Assembly (NCBI GenBank): GCA_050293845.1
Contig: JBNKNM010000059.1
Location: forward strand, 1 to 26,981
Reading direction: 5' to 3'
Length of the DNA: 26,981 nt
Source of the DNA: Pseudobacteriovorax sp.
Lineage (GTDB): Bacteria > Bdellovibrionota_B > Oligoflexia > Oligoflexales > Oligoflexaceae
Shown: one piece after another, positions 8,448 to 17,902 of the stretch
Position numbering within the stretch: the first letter of the stretch is position 1
Layout of the letters: every line of letters starts with the position of its first letter
Position numbers and translations under genes: made by a program
The notes under the pieces: generated by a model
Database searches by the model: none
Seen by the model: only the letters and a program-made list of their open reading frames with translations
Told to the model about the DNA's origin: nothing

Positions 8448-9188
8448 CTAAATTACACCTTTTTTATATTTGTTCATAGGAGAGCCTTTAAAAGGTATAG
8501 ATCGTTTTTGATTTTCATTGACAATCAATGACTGATATTCATCTGCGCTAGAAGTTAAACTCAAAATGTCAATCATAACTCCTCTGCGTTCCTTTTCCGG
8601 TTCGTAACGACTATCATTAACTAAAAAAACTTCACCTATGCCGGTAACTTTTTTGTTTTCAGGTAAAATCAAAAAATCAAATTGAATGTGCTCTCCAGGA
8701 TTCAACTTGTGTTGATCGCTTGTTAAATAAAAACCATGCTGTCCAAAATATATACGAGAATGAACAGTACTAGATGTTAGGCTTACTTTATCCTGCAAGA
8801 TTTTTATAGGTTTGAAAATTTGAGATGGGGGATGATTAATCGAGAATAACATCTCTACTATAGCATTAAAATCGAGAGGCTTTGGAAGAATTTTCATAGC
8901 GCCAGCATTCCGAAGAATGCAGGGAGCTATATCGCTGAATCCTGTAAACAGAATGACAGGAAGAAAACGATGCGCGAGGATTTTTTCCATCAATTCGAAA
9001 CCGCTCATGATGGGCATGTGAATATCTGTAAGCAGGGTGTCAATGTCTTCTTTGATAAATTTTTCGAGGGCTTCTTTACCATGAGAAGCCTCTATTACAT
9101 CATAGCCAGCTTCAAGTAAATGAAATGAGATGATTTCCAAAAGCATTTCTTCATCTTCAACAACTAGGACTTTAAGTGAGCGAGACAA
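8448..9188 (-). CDS. Response regulator: receiver domain plus possible degenerate PilZ-like C-terminal domain
   Basis: VLVVEDEE, LLTDIHMPIMSGFEL, FTGF and KPLD. C-terminal beta region GQHGFYL...PGEHIQFDF...GIGEV. Confidence 0.85.
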   Translation of the reverse strand: MSRSLKVLVVEDEEMLLEIISFHLLEAGYDVIEASHGKEALEKFIKEDIDTLLTDIHMPIMSGFELMEKILAHRFLPVILFTGFSDIAPCILRNAGAMKILPKPLDFNAIVEMLFSINHPPSQIFKPIKILQDKVSLTSSTVHSRIYFGQHGFYLTSDQHKLNPGEHIQFDFLILPENKKVTGIGEVFLVNDSRYEPEKERRGVMIDILSLTSSADEYQSLIVNENQKRSIPFKGSPMNKYKKGVI

Positions 9189-9273
9189 TGAAGACCCCGT
9201 TTATGATTTTCTATAAGTACTAATGAGGCGATACATAAATGATCTAGTGATTCTAATTATGTTCCCTGGTAGT

Positions 9274-9300
9274 CTATCGTTTTTTTTGACTAGACCTTTA
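9274..9300 (-). promoter_or_regulatory. Putative sigma28 promoter
   Basis: Minus strand TAAA(G)-N15-AACGATAG upstream of the response regulator. Confidence 0.45.
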
Positions 9301-9422
9301 ATAATAAGGCGAGGCCAACACTAATTTGTCGGTTAATGGCTAGAGACTATGGATAAAATTCACCTAGAACACTGTAAATCCCTTATCTTAAATCAATTAT
9401 TGCAGATGATTGAGCTTAGCAC

Positions 9423-9447
9423 GGAAAGGGCTCTATGAGCCCATTCC
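9423..9447 (-). terminator. Hairpin directly after the acs stop codon
   Basis: GGAAAGGGCTC-TAT-GAGCCCATTCC inverted repeat; no strong U tail. Confidence 0.5.
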
Positions 9448-9448
9448 A

Positions 9449-11389
9449 CTATTTACGGGCATCAATAAGCTTTTGTACAACGCTAGGGTCAGCCAATGTA
9501 GAAATATCACCAAGTTGATCAAATTCATCAGCGGCAATTTTCCTAAGAATCCGCCGCATAATTTTTCCAGATCGAGTCTTTGGCAAGCCGGGAGCCCATT
9601 GGATAATATCAGGAGTTGCAATGGGGCCAATTTCAGAGCGCACCCAATCACGAAGTTCTTCTTTTTTTTCATCGCTCGGAATTTGGTCACTATTCAGGGT
9701 TACATACACATAAAGGCTATGGCCTTTGATAGGGTGAGGACAGCCTACAACAGCGGCTTCAGCAACAGATTTATGGGCAACTAAGGCGCTTTCGATTTCA
9801 GCCGTCCCTAATCGATGTCCCGATACATTTAATACATCGTCAACACGACCGGTAATCCAATAATAATTATCTTCATCTCGACGAGCGCCATCACCAGTGA
9901 AGTACATTCCCGGAAATATCGAAAAATAGGTATCAATAAAGCGCTGATGATCACCATAGACAGTACGCATTTGTCCTGGCCAGCTGTCTAAGAGAACGAG
10001 ATTACCAGAAGTAGCTCCATCAAGAACTTTTCCGTCACTATCAACAAGGGCGGGTTTGATACCAAAAAAAGGCAAAGTTGCAGACCCTGGTTTCAGGTCT
10101 GTTGCTCCTGGAAGCGGGGTTAACATTGTCCCCCCGGTTTCTGTTTGCCACCATGTATCAACTATGGGGCAACGTTTACGGCCAAATTTTTCATAGTACC
10201 ATAGCCAGGCCTCAGGATTAATAGGTTCACCAACAGTTCCCAAAAGTCTAAGACTGTCAAGTTTGGCATTGGCAGTAGGTTTATCACCCTCTGCCATCAA
10301 GGAACGAATAGCTGTAGGAGCTGTGTAAAGTATCTTTATATCGTACTCGTCGATAATCTGAGCAATGCGCTCAACTGTAGGGTAGTTGGGAACTCCCTCA
10401 TACATGACTGTTGTAGCACCGTTTGCCAAGGGGCCATAGACTATATAACTGTGACCAGTAATCCAGCCAATGTCAGCAGCGCACCAGTAACGCTCCCCTT
10501 TTTGATAATCAAACACATATTTATGTGTCAGCGAGGTATAAACTAAGTAACCGCCAGAGGAATGCAATACCCCTTTAGGCATCCCTGTTGAACCGGAAGT
10601 ATAAAGAATAAATAGCGGGTCTTCGGCTCCCATTTCCTCTGGTTCACAATGCTCATCCTGCTGTTTGAGCAACTCCTCATAGCTCCAATCGCGTCCCTTA
10701 ACCATTGGCATATCTTTGCCACTATGCTCAACCATTATAACACGATCAACCTTGACTTTTTTGCAATGGTCTATCGCTATATCTACATTTTTTTTGAGCT
10801 GTACCGGCTTGCCGCCCCTTACATTCGAATCTGCTGTAATAATGATACGAGATTGCCCATCATCGATCCGACCGGCCAAAGCTTCTGGTGAGAAGCCTGC
10901 AAATACTACTGAATGTATAGCGCCAATTCTGGCGCAGGCCAACATAGCCACTGCTGCTTGGGGAATCATTGGTAAATAAATAGTAACTACGTCACCTTTC
11001 TTCACCCCCAATGACTTTAGACCATTTGCTAATAGGCAAACTTCGCGATGCAGTTCCCGGTAAGTAAGCTCTTTTTTATTCCCAGGTTCATCACCAATCC
11101 ATAGGATTGCTGTATCATCACCATGGGCTGCTAAGTGACGATCGAGACAATTAGCGCTGACATTTAATGTGCCATCATAATACCAACGTATATGTAAATC
11201 ATCTTTAGCGTAAGAAACATCTTTAACTTGCGTGTAGGGCTTGATCCAGTCGATACACTTGCCCTGTTCACGCCAAAAGCCGACATTGTCCGCGATGGAG
11301 TTCTTATAAAGACGGAGATACTCTTCCCTCTCTAGTTGTGTATGTTCCTTATAATGGTCTGGTACGGGATAGATTGATGGTTGAGACAT
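9449..11389 (-). CDS. acs: Acetyl-CoA synthetase (acetate--CoA ligase)
   Basis: [16 protein letters not shown]-binding loop, [30 protein letters not shown] and [11 protein letters not shown] (acetylation Lys). Confidence 0.97.
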   Translation of the reverse strand: MSQPSIYPVPDHYKEHTQLEREEYLRLYKNSIADNVGFWREQGKCIDWIKPYTQVKDVSYAKDDLHIRWYYDGTLNVSANCLDRHLAAHGDDTAILWIGDEPGNKKELTYRELHREVCLLANGLKSLGVKKGDVVTIYLPMIPQAAVAMLACARIGAIHSVVFAGFSPEALAGRIDDGQSRIIITADSNVRGGKPVQLKKNVDIAIDHCKKVKVDRVIMVEHSGKDMPMVKGRDWSYEELLKQQDEHCEPEEMGAEDPLFILYTSGSTGMPKGVLHSSGGYLVYTSLTHKYVFDYQKGERYWCAADIGWITGHSYIVYGPLANGATTVMYEGVPNYPTVERIAQIIDEYDIKILYTAPTAIRSLMAEGDKPTANAKLDSLRLLGTVGEPINPEAWLWYYEKFGRKRCPIVDTWWQTETGGTMLTPLPGATDLKPGSATLPFFGIKPALVDSDGKVLDGATSGNLVLLDSWPGQMRTVYGDHQRFIDTYFSIFPGMYFTGDGARRDEDNYYWITGRVDDVLNVSGHRLGTAEIESALVAHKSVAEAAVVGCPHPIKGHSLYVYVTLNSDQIPSDEKKEELRDWVRSEIGPIATPDIIQWAPGLPKTRSGKIMRRILRKIAADEFDQLGDISTLADPSVVQKLIDARK

Positions 11390-12161
11390 GGCTTTAACCT
11401 TTTCTCTTTAACCCTGCAGAATGAACGCAAGGAGCAAAGTACTCTACAAATTATTTCCTATACAATTTATAAGCAGTAAATGTGGAAGAGGCAACCGGAT
11501 ATGTAGGAAAATTTTAAAAAATGCATCGAAAATAACCTTTCCACGATCTAAGTGAAATGTTCGTTAATAGATTTTGTACATCTGTTTAAGTTAGTCAAAA
11601 GATATCGAATCTTGTTACGTTTTAGCTATGATAATCTACGAATTTACTAGTAATCAATGCTGTTACAGACTTGTTAAAATAATCTCAGGTTTTCCATGAG
11701 GGGTATAGTTTAGCTATAATTGAAAACAATCGCGCGATCATCGAGTCCTCGGATGATTCTTGCTAAAGCTATGGCTTAGCCTACATCATCGTATTCTTTT
11801 GTTTGCACAATCAGCGAACAGCTTCATAGGAAAGCAATGGCAATAACTGCTAAGGGACAGTAAAAAATACCGTAAAATAAATTTACAGCTGTTAAAAATT
11901 ATTTTCTATTTACGTTCTTCTCTCCCGAATTTCCTCCACGACAAAAAAAACTATTCAGTTTTCCAGAATAGCAAATGAAACGACTCTATATTTCTTTGTT
12001 GACTGAATTTGGCTTTTTAGAAACATTCATGGGGAATGTCTAAAATATTACTCAATAACCTGGGGTTGTAAGTACGCGTATTAAGATAGTTGGTCACTAG
12101 CCTGGACTATAGAATTTAACTAGTTTTTTATGACTTGGATATAGATACAATGGAGGAAAAA

Positions 12162-13478
12162 ATGCAAAGTAAGACGTCAATGATAGTATTTATAGCTATC
12201 GCTCTCTTGTTACTACTAGCATGGAATGCGGAAAGGACCTTGTATGCTGACCCCTTAAAAACTCATGACAGTGGTCATGGGCAATCAACCGAACAGATGC
12301 TGATGGCAAATCTAAATCCTAACCTTACACAGAGAACCCACTTTAAGAGTCAAATGAGTTCCACAACTGCTGGAAGTAACGGAACTCAAGTTCAGTTTGG
12401 GGGATACATCAAACTGGATGCTATCATCAGCACCTATTCTGATGGTAGTCATACAACAGCTCCTATTGGAGAGGATTTTTTGGTCCCGTCGACCATTCCT
12501 ATCGGCGGGGATAGTAGCGGTAATCGTATCCATCTTCACGCAAAAGAATCAAGATTTTTTATGAAATCTAAAACAGTACTTGGCTCAGGATCCATAACAA
12601 CTCATTTTGAAGTAGACGGTATGGGAAGCGCTCAAGGAGACGAACGTATCAGTAACTCTTACTCCATCAGGTTACGCCATGCTTATGTAGATTGGGATGA
12701 TGGGGATGGCTTTTCCTTGCTTGCAGGGCAGAGCTGGTCTACTTTTTTTAACGTAGGAGCTTTACCAGAACTTTGTGACTTTGTTGGTCCAGTGGGAACC
12801 ATTTTCGAAAGGCAAGCCCAAATACGCTTTACCAACCAACTCAATAAGGGAAGTGTGCAGATTGCATTAGAGAATCCTTCCAGCACTTTATATGGTGGCA
12901 ACAGTAATCCTTATGATGATAACGCGTTACCTGATGTGGTTATTCGCTACAATGGTCATACTGAACAAATCAACTATTCTATTGCGGCAATGCTGCGAGA
13001 ACTAGCCTATGAAGAGCCTGCAGTCGATGACACAACAAATGGCTATGCTGTAAGTTTATCTGGACTTATGAAATTAGGAAAAAATAATGTGAAAGCTATG
13101 GCTAACTATGGCAATGCTCTAGGAAGGTATTTGGGATTGAATAGCTACCGGGCGGGGGCTATCGACAGCAATGGGGCTATAAAGCTCATTGATCAATGGG
13201 GAGGAGTGATTGCATATCAACATAATTGGAGTGATAAGTGGCGAAGTAACTTTGTTATTTCAGCGTCTCACGCAGATAACCCAGACTTTATCGATGATGG
13301 TACCGCTTCTGACTATCAGAGCTTTCATTTTAATTTAATGCACTCACCAGTGGCCAAGTTGTCTTTGGGTGGAGAGTATGTGATGGCTTCGAAAAGCGTT
13401 GAAAATTCTAATAATACTTTATCAGATGAAAAGGGAGAGCTAAACCGCTTACAGTTTTCAGTGAAATATGTTTTGTGA
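12162..13478 (+). CDS. DcaP family outer-membrane porin
   Basis: FGGYIKLDA, HAKESRF, RLRHAY, LLAGQSWSTF, ERQAQIRF, IALENP and C-terminal NRLQFSVKYVL. GGAGG precedes the ATG at 12162. Confidence 0.88.
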   Translation: MQSKTSMIVFIAIALLLLLAWNAERTLYADPLKTHDSGHGQSTEQMLMANLNPNLTQRTHFKSQMSSTTAGSNGTQVQFGGYIKLDAIISTYSDGSHTTAPIGEDFLVPSTIPIGGDSSGNRIHLHAKESRFFMKSKTVLGSGSITTHFEVDGMGSAQGDERISNSYSIRLRHAYVDWDDGDGFSLLAGQSWSTFFNVGALPELCDFVGPVGTIFERQAQIRFTNQLNKGSVQIALENPSSTLYGGNSNPYDDNALPDVVIRYNGHTEQINYSIAAMLRELAYEEPAVDDTTNGYAVSLSGLMKLGKNNVKAMANYGNALGRYLGLNSYRAGAIDSNGAIKLIDQWGGVIAYQHNWSDKWRSNFVISASHADNPDFIDDGTASDYQSFHFNLMHSPVAKLSLGGEYVMASKSVENSNNTLSDEKGELNRLQFSVKYVL

Positions 13479-13508
13479 TACGCAATAAGATAAATGAAAG
13501 GGAATATG

Positions 13509-13775
13509 ATGGCAGTCTCAGACTTAGAGAAAATGGAATCCTATTGGCAGGAAAATCTCAAGCTTATGAGAACATTGTTGATTATTTGGTTCTTAGCATC
13601 ATTCGGTTGCGGAGTATTATTGGTTGATATTTTAAATTCTATTCAAATAGGGGGATTTAAACTTGGGTTTTGGTTTGCGCAGCAAGGGTCCATCTATATA
13701 TTTTTGGTTCTTATATTCTACTATGTATATCGTATGAATAAGTTGGATGAAAAGTACAATTTTCAGGATGATTGA
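13509..13775 (+). CDS. DUF4212 putative solute:sodium symporter small subunit
   Basis: YWQENL...IWFLASFGCG...GFKLGFWFAQQGSIYIFLVLIFYY...LD. Alternative starts at 13494 and 13506. Confidence 0.92.
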   Translation: MAVSDLEKMESYWQENLKLMRTLLIIWFLASFGCGVLLVDILNSIQIGGFKLGFWFAQQGSIYIFLVLIFYYVYRMNKLDEKYNFQDD

Positions 13776-13821
13776 GCTGTGTATGGGGATCAAGCATTTT
13801 TTATAACATTAGGAGAAAATT

Positions 13822-15531
13822 GTGGATATTCAAACCTTAACCTTCATTATTGTTGGGGCAACCTTTCTAGTTTACATTGGAATTGCGATTTGGGCTAAAG
13901 CAGGTTCTACTAAAGATTTTTATGTCGCTGGCGGAGGTGTGCACCCTGTGGCTAATGGTATGGCAACCGCCGCCGACTGGATGTCAGCAGCATCGTTTAT
14001 TTCCATGGCAGGGCTGATATCCTTTATGGGATATGATGGCGCGGTCTATTTGATGGGATGGACAGGGGGCTATGTACTGCTCGCTTTATTATTGGCTCCT
14101 TATCTGAGAAAGTTTGGCAAGTTTACCGTGCCTGATTTCATAGGAGATCGTTATTATTCACAGTTCGCACGGACGGTGGCTGTAATCTGTGCAATATTCG
14201 TTTCGTTCACATATGTAGCTGGGCAAATGCGAGGTGTCGGTGTCGTCTTCTCAAGGTTTTTAGAGGTCGATATTGTCACTGGTGTGTTTATTGGTATGGC
14301 TGTCGTTTTCTTCTATGCTGTGCTAGGTGGTATGAAAGGAATAACTTATACGCAAGTAGCTCAATATTGTGTTCTCATTTTCGCCTATATGGTTCCTGCA
14401 GTTTTTATTTCAATTCTGATGACTAATGTACCGATCCCCCAGTTCGGGTTTGGCAGCACTTTAGCGGATGGTTCGGGTATCTACCTTCTTGAAAAACTTG
14501 ATAAACTATCGATTGATTTGGGCTTTGCCGCTTATACCCAGGGTACCAAAAGCACAATAGATATCTTTTTTATTACGGCTGCATTAATGGTGGGAACAGC
14601 GGGTTTACCACATGTGATCGTCCGCTTTTTCACTGTTCCCAAGGTGCGTGATGCACGCTGGTCAGCTGGCTGGGCATTATTATTTATTGCTCTCCTCTAT
14701 ACCACAGCCCCCGCAGTGGCTACATTTGCCAGGGTCAACATGATTAATACAATTAATGGTGTTGATGGTCAGGGAACTCTACAAGAGAATGCACCAAGTT
14801 GGGTGGAAAATTGGGGGCGAACAGGGCTTATTAGTTGGGATGATAAGAACCAAGATGGTCGCATGTTTTATTCTGGTGATGATCGCAATGAAATGAAAAT
14901 CGATCGTGATATTATGGTACTGGCGAATCCAGAAATTGCTAATTTACCAGCGTGGATTATTGCGTTAGTAGCAGCTGGAGGCATTGCTGCAGCCCTCTCC
15001 ACATCTGCGGGGCTTCTACTGGTTATCTCAACTTCTATCTCCCATGATCTTTTAAAGCGAAACCTCATGCCCAGTATTTCGGATAAGCAGGAATTATTAT
15101 ATGCGCGCATCTCTGCAGCTGCGGCTATTATGGTTGCTGGTTACTTAGGAATTAATCCCCCTGGTTTTGTAGCTCAAGTGGTCGCTTTTGCTTTTGGCTT
15201 GGCGGCTTCGTCATTTTTTCCCGCAATAATTTTAGGGATTTTTATGAAATCCATGAATAAAGAAGGAGCCATTTCTGGAATGTTAGCAGGAATCATTTTT
15301 ACGGCTTCCTACATTGTTTATTTTAAATTTATAAATCCGGGAGCGAATGTGCCAGAAAACTGGTTTCTCGGCATTTCACCTGAAGGAATTGGTACCTTGG
15401 GAATGGCTTTAAACTTTATTGTGGCCCTCACTGTGAAAAAGTTTACTGCCAACCCCCCTAAAGAGGTGCAAGATCTTGTAGAAAAAATCAGATATCCCAA
15501 GGGGGCTGAAACCTATCATCATAGTGTTTAA
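13822..15531 (+). CDS. Sodium:solute symporter, VC_2705 subfamily (ActP-like acetate permease)
   Basis: NGMATAADWMSAASFISMAG, APYLRKFGKFTVPDFIGDRY and GTAGLPHVIVRFFTVP. GTG start with AGGAG SD; sits next to acs. Confidence 0.93.
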   Translation: MDIQTLTFIIVGATFLVYIGIAIWAKAGSTKDFYVAGGGVHPVANGMATAADWMSAASFISMAGLISFMGYDGAVYLMGWTGGYVLLALLLAPYLRKFGKFTVPDFIGDRYYSQFARTVAVICAIFVSFTYVAGQMRGVGVVFSRFLEVDIVTGVFIGMAVVFFYAVLGGMKGITYTQVAQYCVLIFAYMVPAVFISILMTNVPIPQFGFGSTLADGSGIYLLEKLDKLSIDLGFAAYTQGTKSTIDIFFITAALMVGTAGLPHVIVRFFTVPKVRDARWSAGWALLFIALLYTTAPAVATFARVNMINTINGVDGQGTLQENAPSWVENWGRTGLISWDDKNQDGRMFYSGDDRNEMKIDRDIMVLANPEIANLPAWIIALVAAGGIAAALSTSAGLLLVISTSISHDLLKRNLMPSISDKQELLYARISAAAAIMVAGYLGINPPGFVAQVVAFAFGLAASSFFPAIILGIFMKSMNKEGAISGMLAGIIFTASYIVYFKFINPGANVPENWFLGISPEGIGTLGMALNFIVALTVKKFTANPPKEVQDLVEKIRYPKGAETYHHSV

Positions 15532-15542
15532 GCGTGATCTAA

Positions 15543-15575
15543 GGTGTTTCTGTGGGCTATAGCCCTAGAGACACC
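15543..15575 (+). terminator. Hairpin after the symporter
   Basis: GGTGTTTCT..GGGCTATAGCCC.AGAGACACC inverted repeat just after the stop codon. Confidence 0.55.
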
Positions 15576-15763
15576 GCAATAATTAAGTAGTCCTCGCTGG
15601 ATTACTCCTAGAGGAGCCGCTAGCTACCGTACCTACCCTATTAAGAGACTAGCTATTTTGTGCTAGCTATGCAGTGAGGCTTTGTTCAGCTCCTTAGGAT
15701 TTGCTAATGTATGTCTGTAGTAAAATCAGCTGAGGAGTCAGCAAGTTGTGAAGGAGGGATGCA

Positions 15764-16756
15764 TTGAAATCAGTTAAGTTGGGCTTTATGTGGCCTACAG
15801 CCAATCCTTTTCTATTCTGCGTTCACCATAATGATCACTATCCTTGTGGTAATGGTCAATTGGGTCCTAAGGCAAGTCTAAGTGGTAGGGATCTAGGTAA
15901 TGACTTTACCTTAAAGGATGGGTTTCGTATGTATCATGGCCGCAAAGTACCTGGTTTCCCGGCTCACCCCCATAGGGGGTTTGAAACGATTACGATTGTT
16001 GAGCAGGGCTTTGTAGACCACGCTGATTCGAAGGGCGCCGCAGGTCGATATGGCGAAGGAGATGTGCAGTGGATGACCGCTGGTAAGGGCTTACAGCACT
16101 CAGAGATGTTCCCATTGGTAAGAGAAGGTAAAGATAACCATTTAGAATTATTTCAGATTTGGCTGAATCTTCCCGCGGTTGCAAAACTTACCTCGCCACA
16201 ATTTATGATGCATTGGTCGGAGCAAATTCCAAAGCTAAGTTTTGATGATGACCGTGTCAGTCTCAAGTTAATTGCTGGCAGTTTCGCAGGAAAAACAGCA
16301 CTACCCCCACCTGAGGCAAGTTGGGCGGCAAGACAAGATTCACATGTGGCCATTTACCTCATCGAAATGGAACAAGGAGGGAAACTAACTCTTCCTGAGA
16401 CTGCTAAAAGCGTCACAAGAAACCTTTATTTCTATAAAGGGGCCACTCTAAATGTGGGGGACACCGCTTTGACTGTAAATCACTCTGCCACTCTTGACCA
16501 TGAAGCTGTTGAACTTTCTTTAGAGCCAGAGCAAGAAAAAGTTAAATTTTTGATATTACAGGGAGTTGCGATCAACGAACCTGTGGTTCAGCATGGACCT
16601 TTTGTGATGAATAAACCCGAGGAAATCATGCAAGCGTTTGAAGATTTTCGCAAAACAGAATTCGGCGGATGGCCTTGGCCTAGCTTTGAGCAGGTGCATG
16701 GAAAAGATAAGGGTAGGTTTGCCACCTATTTTGATGGCAAAACTGAAGTACCATAG
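15764..16756 (+). CDS. Pirin family protein
   Basis: GFPAHPHRGFETIT, VDHADS.G, VQWMTAG.GLQHSEMFP, FQIWLNLP and EPVVQHGPFVMN. Confidence 0.95.
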   Translation: MKSVKLGFMWPTANPFLFCVHHNDHYPCGNGQLGPKASLSGRDLGNDFTLKDGFRMYHGRKVPGFPAHPHRGFETITIVEQGFVDHADSKGAAGRYGEGDVQWMTAGKGLQHSEMFPLVREGKDNHLELFQIWLNLPAVAKLTSPQFMMHWSEQIPKLSFDDDRVSLKLIAGSFAGKTALPPPEASWAARQDSHVAIYLIEMEQGGKLTLPETAKSVTRNLYFYKGATLNVGDTALTVNHSATLDHEAVELSLEPEQEKVKFLILQGVAINEPVVQHGPFVMNKPEEIMQAFEDFRKTEFGGWPWPSFEQVHGKDKGRFATYFDGKTEVP

Positions 16757-16946
16757 TCGATGTAAAATGTTGCTTTGATGGTTTTGTTTGAACTCCCACC
16801 TTGAGTTTCAGGGCTGTCCATGGCGACTAATAAAACCAAAGTTTAATGAATACAATACTTTGGGAGAGGGTGATCGCAGTAGAGCCCTTGGTAGACGGGG
16901 CCCAGCAACTTGAGGATAGAAAGTAATAAACTTATGGGGAGAAGGT

Positions 16947-17378
16947 GTGAGTAAGACACTTAGTACTTGTATTAACTGCCGTGCGGTGAATCGATTTACA
17001 TTTCAGAAAGCGCTGGAGACCCAGCCTAAATGTGGTCAGTGTAGTGGTCCTTTGCGTTTTGAGCATGGGATCAGCAATATGGACCTGCATGATCTGAACT
17101 CTATTATTAGAGCATCCCATATCCCTGTGGTCGTCGATTTATGGGCCCCTTGGTGTGGTCCTTGTGTAAACTTTGCTCCTGTTTATCAAAAAGTAGCTCT
17201 AGAACTTGGACAATCCTATATTTTCCTGAAGGTTAATACAGAACAGTATCCCGATGCCTCTAACATTCTTGGAGTGAGGGGGATTCCAACGCTAATCATG
17301 TTTTCTGGAGGTGATGAAATAAAAAGACAGGCGGGAGCGATGCCGGAAACCATGTTCCGGCAATGGTTGCGAGACTAA
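16947..17378 (+). CDS. trxC: Thioredoxin 2 (TrxC)
   Basis: N-terminal zinc finger (CINC...CGQC) plus WAPWCGPC active site and RGIPTL. Confidence 0.92.
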   Translation: MSKTLSTCINCRAVNRFTFQKALETQPKCGQCSGPLRFEHGISNMDLHDLNSIIRASHIPVVVDLWAPWCGPCVNFAPVYQKVALELGQSYIFLKVNTEQYPDASNILGVRGIPTLIMFSGGDEIKRQAGAMPETMFRQWLRD

Positions 17379-17524
17379 TCTTTACTTTGTTGCAGTTGCT
17401 TGGTATTGCCAGGTTTCAACAAGTATTCATCCCATGTTTGATGCTGGGGCTTCTCTAATAGATGCCCACAAGCGCTAAGAAAAAGTCCTGAAACAGCAGC
17501 CAAAAGGATTAATTTAACTTTCAT
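17375..17524 (-). CDS. Small lipoprotein, 49 aa, absent from the ORF track
   Basis: MKVKLILLAAVSGLFLSAC-GHLLEKPQHQTWDEYLLKPGNTKQLQQSKD*. GGAG lies 6 nt upstream, the LSAC lipobox is canonical, and the stop overlaps the trxC stop. Confidence 0.75.
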   Translation of the reverse strand: MKVKLILLAAVSGLFLSACGHLLEKPQHQTWDEYLLKPGNTKQLQQSKD

Positions 17525-17827
17525 AATCAACTCCACTCAATTATATCAACACAATTAGACGATTTCATGGAGAGTCGGGCTCTCAATAAGCAATTGATAC
17601 AAAAAGAGGGCCAAAGGGGTCGATCCCAGTACCAATCCGATAACTACCTGAAATTATGGAATAATGGGAATGCCTATGAGTCAAGGTATAGTGCTATGAC
17701 TGGTGAAGGCTTGAACAACTGTTTTATTTTGCTTTGTGTCATATATATTTTGACTAGCTATAACCCTACTGAATTTGTCGATAGATTCTAATAACCTATT
17801 AATAATATAGAAGTATATAGTGATAAG

Positions 17828-17855
17828 TTTAGAAAATTACTAAAAAGTCCGATAC
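17828..17855 (+). promoter_or_regulatory. Putative sigma28 promoter
   Basis: TTTA(G)-N16-TCCGATAC upstream of the metallopeptidase. Confidence 0.4.
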
Positions 17856-17902
17856 CATATAGCACTCTTCTACTTTGAATAAATGATGTTAAGGACCTCC
17901 AG

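Noticed and set aside
17567..17791. 74-aa plus-strand intergenic ORF
   Set aside because: No clear SD or motif; it lies in the divergent promoter region between the small lipoprotein and the metallopeptidase
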